Positions 23,545-33,563 of a stretch of 64,000 nt of DNA are shown here, one piece after another. Under the pieces are notes generated by a model. The model saw only the letters and a list, made by a program, of their open reading frames with translations, was not told the DNA's origin and made no database searches. Each line of letters begins with the position of its first letter. Position 1 is the first letter of the stretch. The position numbers were made by a program, and so were the translations under genes. The DNA is from Naegleria gruberi (lineage: Eukaryota). The stretch lies in the NCBI GenBank assembly GCA_000004985.1, contig GG738897.1; one strand, written 5' to 3'.

Positions 23545-24789
23545 TTACATGTGTAGTTTATAAAATAATTCAGTATTTTTCACAGGAGGTGAATTTGCAG
23601 CAGCCAAAGCTCCTGTTGGAGACAAGGCAACTGGCATGGTAGGTGAAGGAGGAATGATAATTTGGAGATGAGTAGCAGATCCAGTCTTTTTCAATTGTCT
23701 AGATTCTGCCAGTTGAGATTTCAGTTCAGCAAGTTGATCATTTAAGGAAATAACGACTGACTTGAGTTTTGAAATTTCACCATTTCTATCTGACAGCGTC
23801 CTTAATAAAGTCTCATTCGATTCATTGGATAGTTTTCTTTGAGTTTCGTATCTGTCTTGCAATTGTTTCAATTCCTTTTTTAGTGAAATTATTTGAGTTT
23901 CGTAAAAAACTTTTTGTTTCGTCAAGTCGTCGTCGGTGTCCACATAATGTTGTGGAAGGAAACTCTGTTGCATTTCTGAAACTTTACCTAGTTGATTCTT
24001 ATATTCTTCCCTTAATTTTTGAATTGAACTTTCGTATTCTTTCTTACTCTTTACACTTTCCATTTGCAGTTGACTTACCAAATTAGTCAATTTTGCAAGT
24101 TCTTTCAAATTTTGCTTAACCTTATTTTGCAATTGTTGTGATTTCACATCTAACTGTTGATTTTCTAATAATTGTTTCTTATATAATTCCATAATTGACC
24201 CTTCACGTTCTGTTAATTCTTTACAAAGAATTGAGAATTGATCGGTGAGCGAGTGGATGACTGAATCTTTCATTTTAATCATTTCTGTCATGGAATGATC
24301 TAGTTCTTCTATTTTACATTCGAGTTTTACATTTTTTTTCACGGTGGAATCATTTTCGTATTTTACAGACGAAAGGTTTCGTTCATTTTCGGTTAACCTT
24401 ATTTGCATTTCTTCAATTCTGGTTCTCAGCACGAGATTCTCCATTTTAATCTTTTCAATTTCTTCATCTTTTTGTTTCATTTCCTTCTTGACATGTTCAA
24501 CGTCACTTTTCATTAAATATTTCACCTTTTCATTGTCAGATAAATATTTCGTTATTCTTCCTTGAAAATTATCTAAACAAGCAAATGCATTTCTTTCAAA
24601 AGTATCTGCCAAACTCACTGCTCGTTTTCTAATGTCACTTGTCGGCGAGCCATTTGCAACCATTGTGGCGACAGCAAAAGGACTTTTAACTGTAGTTGGA
24701 TTATTATTTGGTGATGAGGATGATGATTGACCAGCATCAGAAGCACAAGAATGGTATTGTTGATGAATGCCCGTACTTTCCATTTTCAC
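23545..24789 (-). CDS. Coiled-coil protein
   Basis: About 300 residues of heptad-like E/K/Q/L-rich sequence (…LVLRTRIEEMQIRLTENERNLSSVKYE… LQMESVKSKKEYESSIQKLREEYKNQLGKV…). N-terminal region is Ser/Pro-rich. Confidence 0.45.
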   Translation of the reverse strand: MKMESTGIHQQYHSCASDAGQSSSSSPNNNPTTVKSPFAVATMVANGSPTSDIRKRAVSLADTFERNAFACLDNFQGRITKYLSDNEKVKYLMKSDVEHVKKEMKQKDEEIEKIKMENLVLRTRIEEMQIRLTENERNLSSVKYENDSTVKKNVKLECKIEELDHSMTEMIKMKDSVIHSLTDQFSILCKELTEREGSIMELYKKQLLENQQLDVKSQQLQNKVKQNLKELAKLTNLVSQLQMESVKSKKEYESSIQKLREEYKNQLGKVSEMQQSFLPQHYVDTDDDLTKQKVFYETQIISLKKELKQLQDRYETQRKLSNESNETLLRTLSDRNGEISKLKSVVISLNDQLAELKSQLAESRQLKKTGSATHLQIIIPPSPTMPVALSPTGALAAANSPPVKNTELFYKLHM

Positions 24790-25458
24790 TTTAGTTTACT
24801 TTCTTTTACTTTCTAATATTTTTCTCTCTTAACTGACAATAAATGCACCTATCAATGTGCTAATAGAATGTGTTTGCTTATTTTTTTAGAATATGAAATT
24901 GTGGTTGAATATATTGCTTGATAGCTTTTGAGGTTTTTTCAAAATTTCCCTTAATGGAATTTCGGCTTACTATTTTGGTGTTATCTCTCGGTAGTGGATT
25001 CAAAAAAACCTTATTAGAAATTATGCAAGTCGTTATAATGAATCTGGTGGTTGGTAACCCTTATAAGGTTGTATAGTTGAAAGTTTATTTGATGTTTCGA
25101 ATAATATCTCTTGGAAGAATATACGAAATAAAAGGAAGGTGAAAACTTGGTTTGAGTGCCATGTCGAAAATCGAGATTATGACTAAGATTGAGTTTGTCA
25201 GGTCCAATTATTTGCCATCTTTCAATTTTCTCGATAGAAAGCTGTTGTGAAAAATTTGGATTGTTATTCGAAATTTGGAATAATAATAACGAGATGTTTC
25301 GAATAATAACACATCAACATATGTAAAAGTAAGTTAATATCAATCTAACCTTACGAGAACTTAAAGATGTGTTTCTAATCTTCATTTTAGAACAAAAACA
25401 ACACATCCGTTCTAAAAAAACAATTCGAAACTTTGTAAATAAACGAATTTTATACAAT

Positions 25459-27853
25459 TTAAGCAATAATACAATGCTTATTCTTCTTTTCCTTAGGTGT
25501 AACAACTTTCTCCTTCTTTCTTCCAAGTAAAAAGTCAACAATACTAACTTCCTTCTTCTTGAAAGTTTTCTTATTCCAAATAGCAGAAGCTCTTCCTCTA
25601 CCAAAGAGTTTCTTTTTGGTTGGAGAGGAATCTTCTGAGGATTTTGGAGAAACTTCCTTAGTAATGACCTTATTGGCATTCTCACACAAATGAGCAGTTC
25701 TAGAGAATTTGGAGAATAGAGCAGCAATTGGACAATTGTTTTCTTTTGCTTTCTTTGGAAGTAAAAGTTCACCAGCAGCTGGAATTTGAACTTGGAATTC
25801 GTTAATGATTGATTGTTGGAATTCTTCATTGAAAACAGTGAACCAGTTAGGTGGATTAACGTCGTATTTCTTGTAGGTGTATTTGGTCTTGTTAACAATT
25901 TCGTGTTTACCTCCAGCAAGTTCAGGATGATAAGTTTCCATCAAATAGTCCAAAACATTCTTACGAATGTCAGCTTCTGCTGAAGTGATGGATCGTGAGG
26001 TGGAAACATCTGACAAGGATGAAGAATCGATTGATTGTCTGGATTCCAATGAGGTCAATGATTGTGCGCTAGAGTTGAATGAAGCAGTTGACAAGTTATT
26101 GACAGTCTTGATAACAGTTGTAACATCACTCTTCCAAAAGTTCTTCAATTCACACTTGTGTTCTTTCAATTGACTTGGAAGGGCAATTTCCAAAAGTTCA
26201 GTTGGATGTTGATCAGATGGCAATACTTGAACATAACGATCAAAGTAATCCTTAGTATTCTCCTTCAACTTATCCAACAAACTGGTTGGCTCATAAATTC
26301 TGAGTTTTGGTGAATACTTGGTCATGTTAATCAAACCAAAGTAAACTTCAGGGAAGGTCTTATTTGGAATATTGGCCTTTCTAGCATCATTCTTCTTGAA
26401 TGCCTTACCATAGATTAAACACTTCATTTGATTACATTGTAAAATACCATTGAAAATGTCTTGAAGGGAATATTCTTGACCTCCCAAATTGTATCTGACC
26501 TTTCTGTAAAAGATAATATTAGTAACTTCAACTTGTGGCATTGAACCAGAAACGAGCAAGGCGTGTAAAAGCAACAAATTGTAAGCATTGATAAAGAAGG
26601 TCAACTTTTCTTCGTCTGACTTTAACAATGACAAGTCACAATGAGCCAAATCAAAGGTTTCATGTTGGAATTTTTCATACTTGTTACAACAAGTTTCAGA
26701 TTTACCCAAATCATCAAAATTCAATTCAACAACTGCTTCAGATTCATTGGATTCACAACTTGTCTTTCTGAAATATTTAATATCTGCTTGAATGACATTC
26801 AATAAACTTTCCAACAATTGTGTAATCTTTGTAATTGGGTGAACAACTTGCAAATCTCCCATTGTCTTTCCAATAATTGACAAGTATCCTTCAGGTTGAT
26901 TCAAAACAACACCTTCTCCCTTATTGGCATTCAAAACTCTTTCACGATGATAAGTATCATCTCCTTGGGAGGATAAAAACAAGGCCATACATTCGTACAT
27001 TTCATCAGAGGACATGAATCTTTGGAATGGATCACTCAAATTATGTAACAAGTCAGTTTTCAATTCTTCCAAAACAGTTTGAATCTTTTCAAGATTCGAA
27101 TGCATCTTGTTGAGTGTTTCTTCAATCATTTGTGAACAAGAATTTGTACTAATTGAATCGTCGTCGGTTTTTTGAGTGTGAGAAATAAAATCTTGAACTT
27201 CCTTGGTGAAAGAAATAGATTCTAATACTTTCTTTTTCATTGTGGAGGAAATGTTAATTTCGAATAATGAACTGGCATCGAAATAGGTCTTTTTGAATTG
27301 TTGAATACGTTTGAAACATTCTCTAATTTCATCAACACTTGTTGTGTTTACGTATTTAATGGATTGTTCTGAATTTGTATTGGAAATGAAGGAACTATTA
27401 GCTGAGGAAATAGACGAAACATCAGAAATATCATCACGATAGACATCAGAAGTATCAATGACCCAGTCCATCTTCTTTTTGGAATATAAGAGGTAATCTA
27501 TCAAGGATTTTAATTCATAATATGCAAGAATATTCTAATTTGTTGTTAGAAAAATATTAGAAACAAGACGAAACTTACTTCCTTGTTAAATTCTTCTGAG
27601 AGAAATTTGTAAAAATACGAAACTCCAAGTGGACAAGAAAGAATATTCTCCACACTAAAGTTTCCTGTTTGTGCATAGGCATCAATTTTATCCTTGTATG
27701 CTATTTAGTATTTTTGTAAATTTTTGTTATTATTCGAAACTTACTAACAATTAATTTATCCAACTCTAAACGTTCACTTTCAAAACCTTGCAAATTGAAG
27801 GAATTATCTGAGAGACCACCAAGAGATGAAGATCTTGAGAGAGTTTTTGACAT
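25459..27853 (-). CDS. RGS-domain protein of about 768 aa; 3 exons (27853..27745, 27700..27579, 27534..25459)
   Basis: ATG at 27853. Donors A|GTAAGT (27744) and GAA|GTAAGT (27578). Acceptors aaatag| and caaattag| give two 44-nt introns and restore a continuous frame. Exons 2-3 encode …NFSVENILSCPLGVSYFYKFLSEEFNKE|NILAYYELKSLIDYLLYSK…, which matches the RGS N-terminal block. The ORF track shows only exon 3 (with a TTG start). Confidence 0.5.
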
Positions 27854-28370
27854 TTTTTTTATTACCTAGTGATTAGTGACAGGGTCGTTATCAACTTTTT
27901 TTTTGAGTTGGATGATGTGCTTGACAGGTCTAGAGCAAGAGATACAAGTAATAAAACAAAGATTAGTTTCTTTGAAAATACGTCCGCACATTCCGATAAG
28001 CAGCTGGAAATCGTTTAGAATACATTCTGAAAATTAGATGAAACTTTAGAGAGCACGCAAAGCGCACGTTAAAACAAAATTACTCCTTCCTTATTATTAT
28101 TAATATCACAAACATTCAATGAGAAACTGATATCCTCGCATAAATTGAAATATTGGAAAATGGATGAATTAAAAATAGTTTTTTATTTGAAATTGAACAC
28201 GTTTCAAAAACTGTAGTTCTCTAATTTCACCTTCTACAGTTTTTCACACTCGAAACTCAATTGACCTCTTCCAGTATACTAAACTTTAAACTCCCAATTC
28301 AACCATTGACAAAAAATTTCCTTATTGGTCCTCATCGTAAAGCTCCTCAAAATAACAAACAAGAAAAAAA

Positions 28371-29853
28371 ATGCACAAAAATTCCGCTTCCTCCTCCAAG
28401 AAGAACACACCGCTCATGATGAAGTTGTTGTTCTCTAAAAGTTGTTTTCTTTTTGTTGTTGTATTTTTGTTATTCGCATTAGAATGTGTTGTTCACGGAT
28501 TTAATATTGTGAATCCAATGAAGCAGCCGCAACAACAAAAACAACAAACACTTGTTGGAGCTGATCAAATTCCGTATTTTGAAACATCGTGTGGGTAGGT
28601 TCTTGTTGTTTGTTGGTTATTGATTGATTGAATAATTTTCGGAATTGATGATGATCGAAATTTGGATGAAAATATTTTGTGGATTATTTGATCATGATGA
28701 TGAAATAATTAAATTGGATAAAATTGTGTAAATCAGAACACATTATCAAATCGGGTACGAAATTGGAAATCACTTTAAGGATCGAATTCAAAGAATGCTT
28801 TATAATCAATCTTTGCCTTTCCAACAAGTAATTCTTCCATTTTCAAAGAAGGCTCCGGAAATTGTGGAAAATCTTCGTAAATTAAATTCACTATACTTCC
28901 CAGAGTATTTTGAGGAAATTAGAGGAATTGCTGATGGAGCTAATCTTCCAACAGAGTGGATCTTTTTATTAAATGTTGGAGTGGAATTGGAAAATTATGC
29001 AACTGGACCAAGTGGAAAGGGTGATAAGCAATGTTCTGATGTGTTTGTTTCATTGAAGAATTTTAGAACTAGAACTGCAATTTTGGGACACAATGAAGAT
29101 GCAGATCCTTACACACAAGATTATGATTACCTTGTTAAGAGTTGTATTAAGACTAATGATCAAGCTGAACCATTTGTTTTTGTTGCCTATCACTATGCTG
29201 GACAATTGCCTGGAAATGCATTTGCTTGGACTAAATATTTGGCCCTCTCCACCAATGCTCAATTCCCACTCGTTTTACCAAAGGCAGGTTATGGACTTGG
29301 TAGAAACTTTGTCAATAGAAAAGTTTACGAATCAAAGACTATTGCACAAGTTACTGAAACATTGAGCAAGTTTTCAGGAATGTTAGCCAGTGGATTTGCC
29401 TCCAATGTCGCTCCACTCTATGACACTCAATCCTCAGCCCTCTATGAAATGAGATCTTTCGAGAATGCACCAAGAGTCAATAATAGTATTGCCATGTCCA
29501 TGCACTCCATTCTTCCTTTCAATGTTCTCTCCTCAAGTGGACAAAGTTTTTATTTCCATGTGAACATGTATAGAAATTTGAGTGTTCCTGAATTTTTGGA
29601 TCCAAGTAGTGTTCACAGAACAGCCAGATTCAATCAATTCACCAAAATTGAAACTGAAGAGCAAGTTCTTGCACTCCTTGGTGATACCTACGATAAGGAA
29701 TTCCCAATCTACAGACAACCAACCAAAACAGATGATGCCTCAACAGTAGCCACAGTTTTGTTCAATCTCATCACTAGAAAAGTTACTGTCTATAACAAGA
29801 ATCCAAAGACCAGCCAACCAATCCATCATTTCAATTGGTTAACTCGTCAATAA
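28371..29853 (+). CDS. Secreted peptidase C45 / isopenicillin-N-acyltransferase-like Ntn hydrolase; 2 exons (28371..28594, 28737..29853)
   Basis: Signal peptide LLFSKSCFLFVVVFLLFALECVVHG. Donor GG|GTAGGT at 28594/28595 and acceptor aatcag| at 28735-28736 (142-nt intron) join …IPYFETSCG|THYQIGYEIGNHFKDRIQRMLYNQ…. Blocks YQIGYEIG, YFEEIRGIADGANLPTEWIFLLNVGVEL and GDKQCSDVFV…ILGHNEDAD are co-linear with fungal IAT ([43 protein letters not shown]…LQGQNWD), including the nucleophile Cys. Confidence 0.55.
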
Positions 29854-29996
29854 ACCAATTTTCAACAAACCTTAATTTGAATAGGAAGTGGACTGAGAAA
29901 ACTGCTTTTGGTGATGTACATTTTGAATTGCATAATTCAATATTGAAATTAATTTGTTAGAATTCCAAAATAATTAAATTTTAAAATCAAAAAAAA

Positions 29997-31193
29997 ATGC
30001 TCCACTCCAACGAAGGAAATCACGTTCAATTTTTTCTTTGTGATTTTAAACATTCCGAAAATTTGGTTAATTGTCAATTATTTAATTTATTAAAATTAAA
30101 ATTAGGTTTTTGTAAAGTAGGATCACCAATTACTTCCAATGTATTAAATGGAATTAAATTATTAGGAATTGATGAACCATCACACATGTTACCAAAAATG
30201 TTATCAAAACATTTAGAAAATTACCTGTTTGAATGTTGTGTTGGAACTGATCGATTGGTTTCTTATTCGATTGCCATTGTGGAAAGAATGAAGAAAGAGG
30301 AAACTAGAAAGAAAAAGACCATTGTGATTGGGAATGGTAAAATGTGGTTCTATACAGTTGGATACTTGTTAAAAACCTTTGGAGGAGATGAAATTAAGGT
30401 TTGCAATTTGGTGGAAGATCAAACGTACAACCAGGAAAATATAATTCTTGGAACTCCTGATAAAATTAATGAACTATTGGAAAGTGGAAATGTTAATTGT
30501 ACAGATATTAATCTATTGGTGGTTGATCAACCAGATGAACTGTCTAGATTCGATTTATCAATGCATGCCATTTTGAGGAATGTTAATTGTCAAATATTTT
30601 GGTTCAGCTCTAAGAGAAATGATTTCACCAATGAAATTTATCTGAAATCTCCCATTGTTATCGAACCACTCCAAGATGAAAAGTCTACCAATCAGAATTT
30701 GGGATATATTTACTCCAAACATTTTTACATTGACGTAGAAAAGGAAAGCTACAAACCTGAAACTCTGCCTGATTTACTGGACTACATCTCAGCACAATGT
30801 GCAATTTATTGTAATACTTATGAACGTGCGATTGAAATTTCAAGAGCTCTGGAGCGTGAGCATCACACAGCCCATTGTCTACACAATGAAATGTCAGACT
30901 CAGAAATTGAACAAAAAATCAATGATTTCAGAAATGCAATTGTCCAAAACTTGATAATTTCCAATTACAAATTCCCCAAATTGAATTTCAATCCTAAAAT
31001 TACCGTCAATTACGATCTACCTTGGCAAAATGACAAGTATGTCAAATGTTGTTGTTTGAGATCAAAATATGAGCCCAGAAGTATTCATATTAGTTTCGTT
31101 AGAAATGAGGATAAGCTCAAGTTGAAAGAACTTGAAAGATACTATTCTCTTTCTATTGATGAATGCCCCATGGACATTATCGAGATGATTTGA
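29997..31193 (+). CDS. eIF4A-derived DEAD-box-like protein with all catalytic motifs degenerate (pseudo-helicase), copy 1
   Basis: Co-linear with eIF4A: Q-motif-like GIDEPSHMLPKML; motif I region VGTDRLVS (not GTGKT); Ib ILGTPDKINELL (TPGR-like); motif II LVVDQPDE (not DEAD); motif III FSSK (not SAT); helicase-C block CAIYCNTYERAIEISRALE…; C-terminus YYSLSIDECPMDIIEMI versus eIF4A FYNTSIEEMPLNVADLI. No HRIGRxGR. Confidence 0.55.
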   Translation: MLHSNEGNHVQFFLCDFKHSENLVNCQLFNLLKLKLGFCKVGSPITSNVLNGIKLLGIDEPSHMLPKMLSKHLENYLFECCVGTDRLVSYSIAIVERMKKEETRKKKTIVIGNGKMWFYTVGYLLKTFGGDEIKVCNLVEDQTYNQENIILGTPDKINELLESGNVNCTDINLLVVDQPDELSRFDLSMHAILRNVNCQIFWFSSKRNDFTNEIYLKSPIVIEPLQDEKSTNQNLGYIYSKHFYIDVEKESYKPETLPDLLDYISAQCAIYCNTYERAIEISRALEREHHTAHCLHNEMSDSEIEQKINDFRNAIVQNLIISNYKFPKLNFNPKITVNYDLPWQNDKYVKCCCLRSKYEPRSIHISFVRNEDKLKLKELERYYSLSIDECPMDIIEMI

Positions 31194-31213
31194 AAGTAAT
31201 TTTACAAAAAAAA

Positions 31214-32437
31214 ATGGTCAACTCGAAAGGAGCTTTCGTTCAAATTATTCTCCACGATTTTACTTGCTCTTCAGAAAGTAATAACGAAGATAGATTATTT
31301 AATTTGTTAAAATTAAAATTGGGTCATCAGCAGTTTCAATGTTGGTCAGTTTATGCTTCATTTGAAGAGTACAAACTTTCCGATATTACATTAGAAAGAA
31401 TTTATTTGATGGGATTTGATGAACCATCTACGGGTCATAGACAATGCATTTTTCCAATGATAAATTCACAAAATACATTGGTAAATTTCCTATTCGAACG
31501 TGTGGAAGGAACTGATCGAATGGTTTCTTATTCAATTGCAATTGTGGAACGATTTAGGAATGAGGAAATTAAAAAGAATATCACAATTGTTATTGGAAAG
31601 GGCTATATGTGGTTCCATACAGTTCGACACTTGCTAAAAACCTTTGGAGGTGATGAAATCAAGGTTTTTTGTTTGGAAGAAACTAAAGTAAAATATCAAG
31701 GAAATTATGACGTCTTGATTGGAACTCCTGAGAAAATTAAAGACCTATTGGAAAGTGGAATTGTTAATTGTAAAGATATAAGCTTATTGGTAGTTGATCA
31801 ATTAGATGAATGGAATGAATTCAATTTAAATATGCATGAAATTTTGAGGAATGTTAATTGTCAAATATTTTGGTGTAGTAATGGAAAGAGAAATGATTTC
31901 ACCAATGAAATTTATTTGAAATCTCCCATTGTTATTGAATCCAAAGATGTAGAGAAGAATAATATGGTATTGAACTGCAGTTCTCGACATTTTAATATTG
32001 GCGTGGAAAAGGAGATTTACAAACTTGAGGTTCTTGAAGCATTATTAGAAACTATTCCCATCAATACTGTAATTTATTGTAATTCTGATAATGTTGCCAA
32101 TGGTATTTCAAATTACCTTCAAGCACATAATTTAGCAGTTTCATGTCTAAGCAAAGACATGTCAGAATTAGAAATTGAACAAAAAACCAATGAATTCAGA
32201 GAAGGAAATGTCCAACTCCACTTGATTCTTGCAAATCTAAAAGTTTCCCGATTGAAATTCAATCCTCGAGTAGTTATCAATTTCAATCTCCCTTGGCAGA
32301 ATGATAAGTATACATATTGGACTCCTTGCTTTAGTCTAATAACGAATGAAGATAGAATCAAGTTGAAAGAAATTGAAAAGATTTATTCAATAGAAATACA
32401 AGACAAAGAGCTACGAAAATACAGTATTTGGAATTGA
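31214..32437 (+). CDS. eIF4A-derived pseudo-helicase, copy 2 (tandem paralog of the 29997..31193 gene)
   Basis: Same architecture and degenerate motifs (LIGTPEKIKDLL, LVVDQLDE, FWCSNGK), about 45% identical to copy 1 by eye. ATG 31214 (MVNSKGAFVQIILHDF) parallels MLHSNEGNHVQFFLCDF of copy 1; the ORF-track start at 31163 overlaps copy 1 and is probably spurious. Confidence 0.55.
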   Translation: MVNSKGAFVQIILHDFTCSSESNNEDRLFNLLKLKLGHQQFQCWSVYASFEEYKLSDITLERIYLMGFDEPSTGHRQCIFPMINSQNTLVNFLFERVEGTDRMVSYSIAIVERFRNEEIKKNITIVIGKGYMWFHTVRHLLKTFGGDEIKVFCLEETKVKYQGNYDVLIGTPEKIKDLLESGIVNCKDISLLVVDQLDEWNEFNLNMHEILRNVNCQIFWCSNGKRNDFTNEIYLKSPIVIESKDVEKNNMVLNCSSRHFNIGVEKEIYKLEVLEALLETIPINTVIYCNSDNVANGISNYLQAHNLAVSCLSKDMSELEIEQKTNEFREGNVQLHLILANLKVSRLKFNPRVVINFNLPWQNDKYTYWTPCFSLITNEDRIKLKEIEKIYSIEIQDKELRKYSIWN

Positions 32438-32663
32438 TTGATTTTATCAAAATTTTCACACGTTTACTGGAAAGCTACTGTAAAATATACGGAAATTGAA
32501 TGGTGCATGACGGTCTAGACTAAGCTTACCAAAAATATGTCCATCTTTGGAAATGCTTTACAGAGTTTACAGTATGATGTACTGTTTCTTTCACAGCCAA
32601 TTCAAAGCGTGTTGTGTGTGTTGATGACTCAAACAACAAAAAAACAAATCCATTCAACTCAGA

Positions 32664-33146
32664 ATGAAGTCCCTCATGTTTATTTTAGCTCTGGTCTTGT
32701 TCTTGGCCTTGAGTGTGCATGGATCTATCTATCAATACAGATATTTCAGTGATGCCAAGTGTACAACTACCCCTTACTTGACTAGATATTGGAATTATGA
32801 TTCATGTGAACCAGTAGCAAATAATTGTACTTTTGGAGGTGAATCACGAACTTGTCTTTCCAAATTGCCAGAAATTACCCCTAGTTCCAATACCATTTCG
32901 ATTTATAGTTTTAATTTTGGTTCTTGCTATGGTTGGAATGATGTTTATACATTTGCTACAGATAAATGTATTCCTTACTCAATGGAATCAGGTAGTATAA
33001 TCAAATACCAATCCATGAAGACAGACGGATGCGATAAGATCACCTACTATTATGGAACTGATTGTACTAGGGAAGGAAAAACAACAACAATTTCTGGCAC
33101 GAACTTGTCTTTCCAAATTGCCAGAAATTACCACTTCATGTGTTGA
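32664..33146 (+). CDS. Small secreted Cys-containing protein; C-terminal part continues in another frame (33052..33318) after a 35-bp direct repeat; possibly frameshifted or rearranged
   Basis: Signal peptide MKSLMFILALVLFLALSVHG. Identical 35-mer cacgaacttgtctttccaaattgccagaaattacc at 32847-32881 and 33103-33137, 256 bp (3n+1) apart. The second ORF ends in a hydrophobic GPI-like tail APTITLVLISMLAKII. Confidence 0.35.
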   Translation: MKSLMFILALVLFLALSVHGSIYQYRYFSDAKCTTTPYLTRYWNYDSCEPVANNCTFGGESRTCLSKLPEITPSSNTISIYSFNFGSCYGWNDVYTFATDKCIPYSMESGSIIKYQSMKTDGCDKITYYYGTDCTREGKTTTISGTNLSFQIARNYHFMC

Positions 33147-33325
33147 CCAAACATTCAAGTTTGTCTGTCAAGCAGATCCAAAACCAGCCAAGTCAGTACT
33201 TCCATCGAGTGCTTTTGCCTTACAAGCTCCAACAATTACTTTGGTTTTAATTTCAATGTTGGCAAAAATAATCAAGAACATTGTCAAGAATCTTAATAAA
33301 ACAAATAAAGTCTTTTAAAAATAGA

Positions 33326-33398
33326 TGCTGACGGACGGGATCGAACCGGCGACCAATGGCTTATTAGACCAACGCTCTACCTACTTAACTACGCCAGC
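33326..33398 (-). tRNA. tRNA-Ile (anticodon AAU)
   Basis: Reverse complement GCTGGCG-TA-GTTA-AGTAGGTA-GAGC-G-TTGGT-CTAATAA-GCCAT-TGGTC-GCCGG-TTCGATC-CCGTC-CGTCAGC-A. Acceptor stem 7/7 paired (one G·U), T-arm GGTTCGATCC, anticodon loop CT-AAT-AA; near-identical core to metazoan tRNA-Ile(AAT). Confidence 0.8.
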
Positions 33399-33563
33399 AT
33401 TACATCTATTAATTTTACAAATACCATCTAAAATCTTTATCATCCTTAATTCCTTATTTCCCCATCTACATTTTTGAAAAAACCACATGAAAAGATGTCA
33501 CCTATTTTATTTCCACTTTAAAATCTAAGGAAGCCTAAAATTATTTGTTTCTCAAAACAAAAA

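Noticed and set aside
25314-25919. 201-aa minus-strand ORF (and similar overlapping ORFs at 5624..5908, 9720..9938, 36297..36578, 40279..40680, 61307..61859, 62489..63004 and others)
   Set aside because: They lie in alternative frames or antisense inside better-supported genes (RGS gene exon 3, F-box gene, tubulin, serpin, acidic protein, CHASE gene). They have low-complexity or hydrophobic composition typical of out-of-frame translation of AT-rich coding DNA.
31163-31213. Overlap of the two eIF4A-like ORFs suggesting a fused or overlapping gene pair
   Set aside because: The ORF track allows non-ATG starts. The second gene's N-terminus (MVNSKGAFVQIILHDF from ATG 31214) parallels the first gene's true N-terminus, so the overlap is a track artefact.
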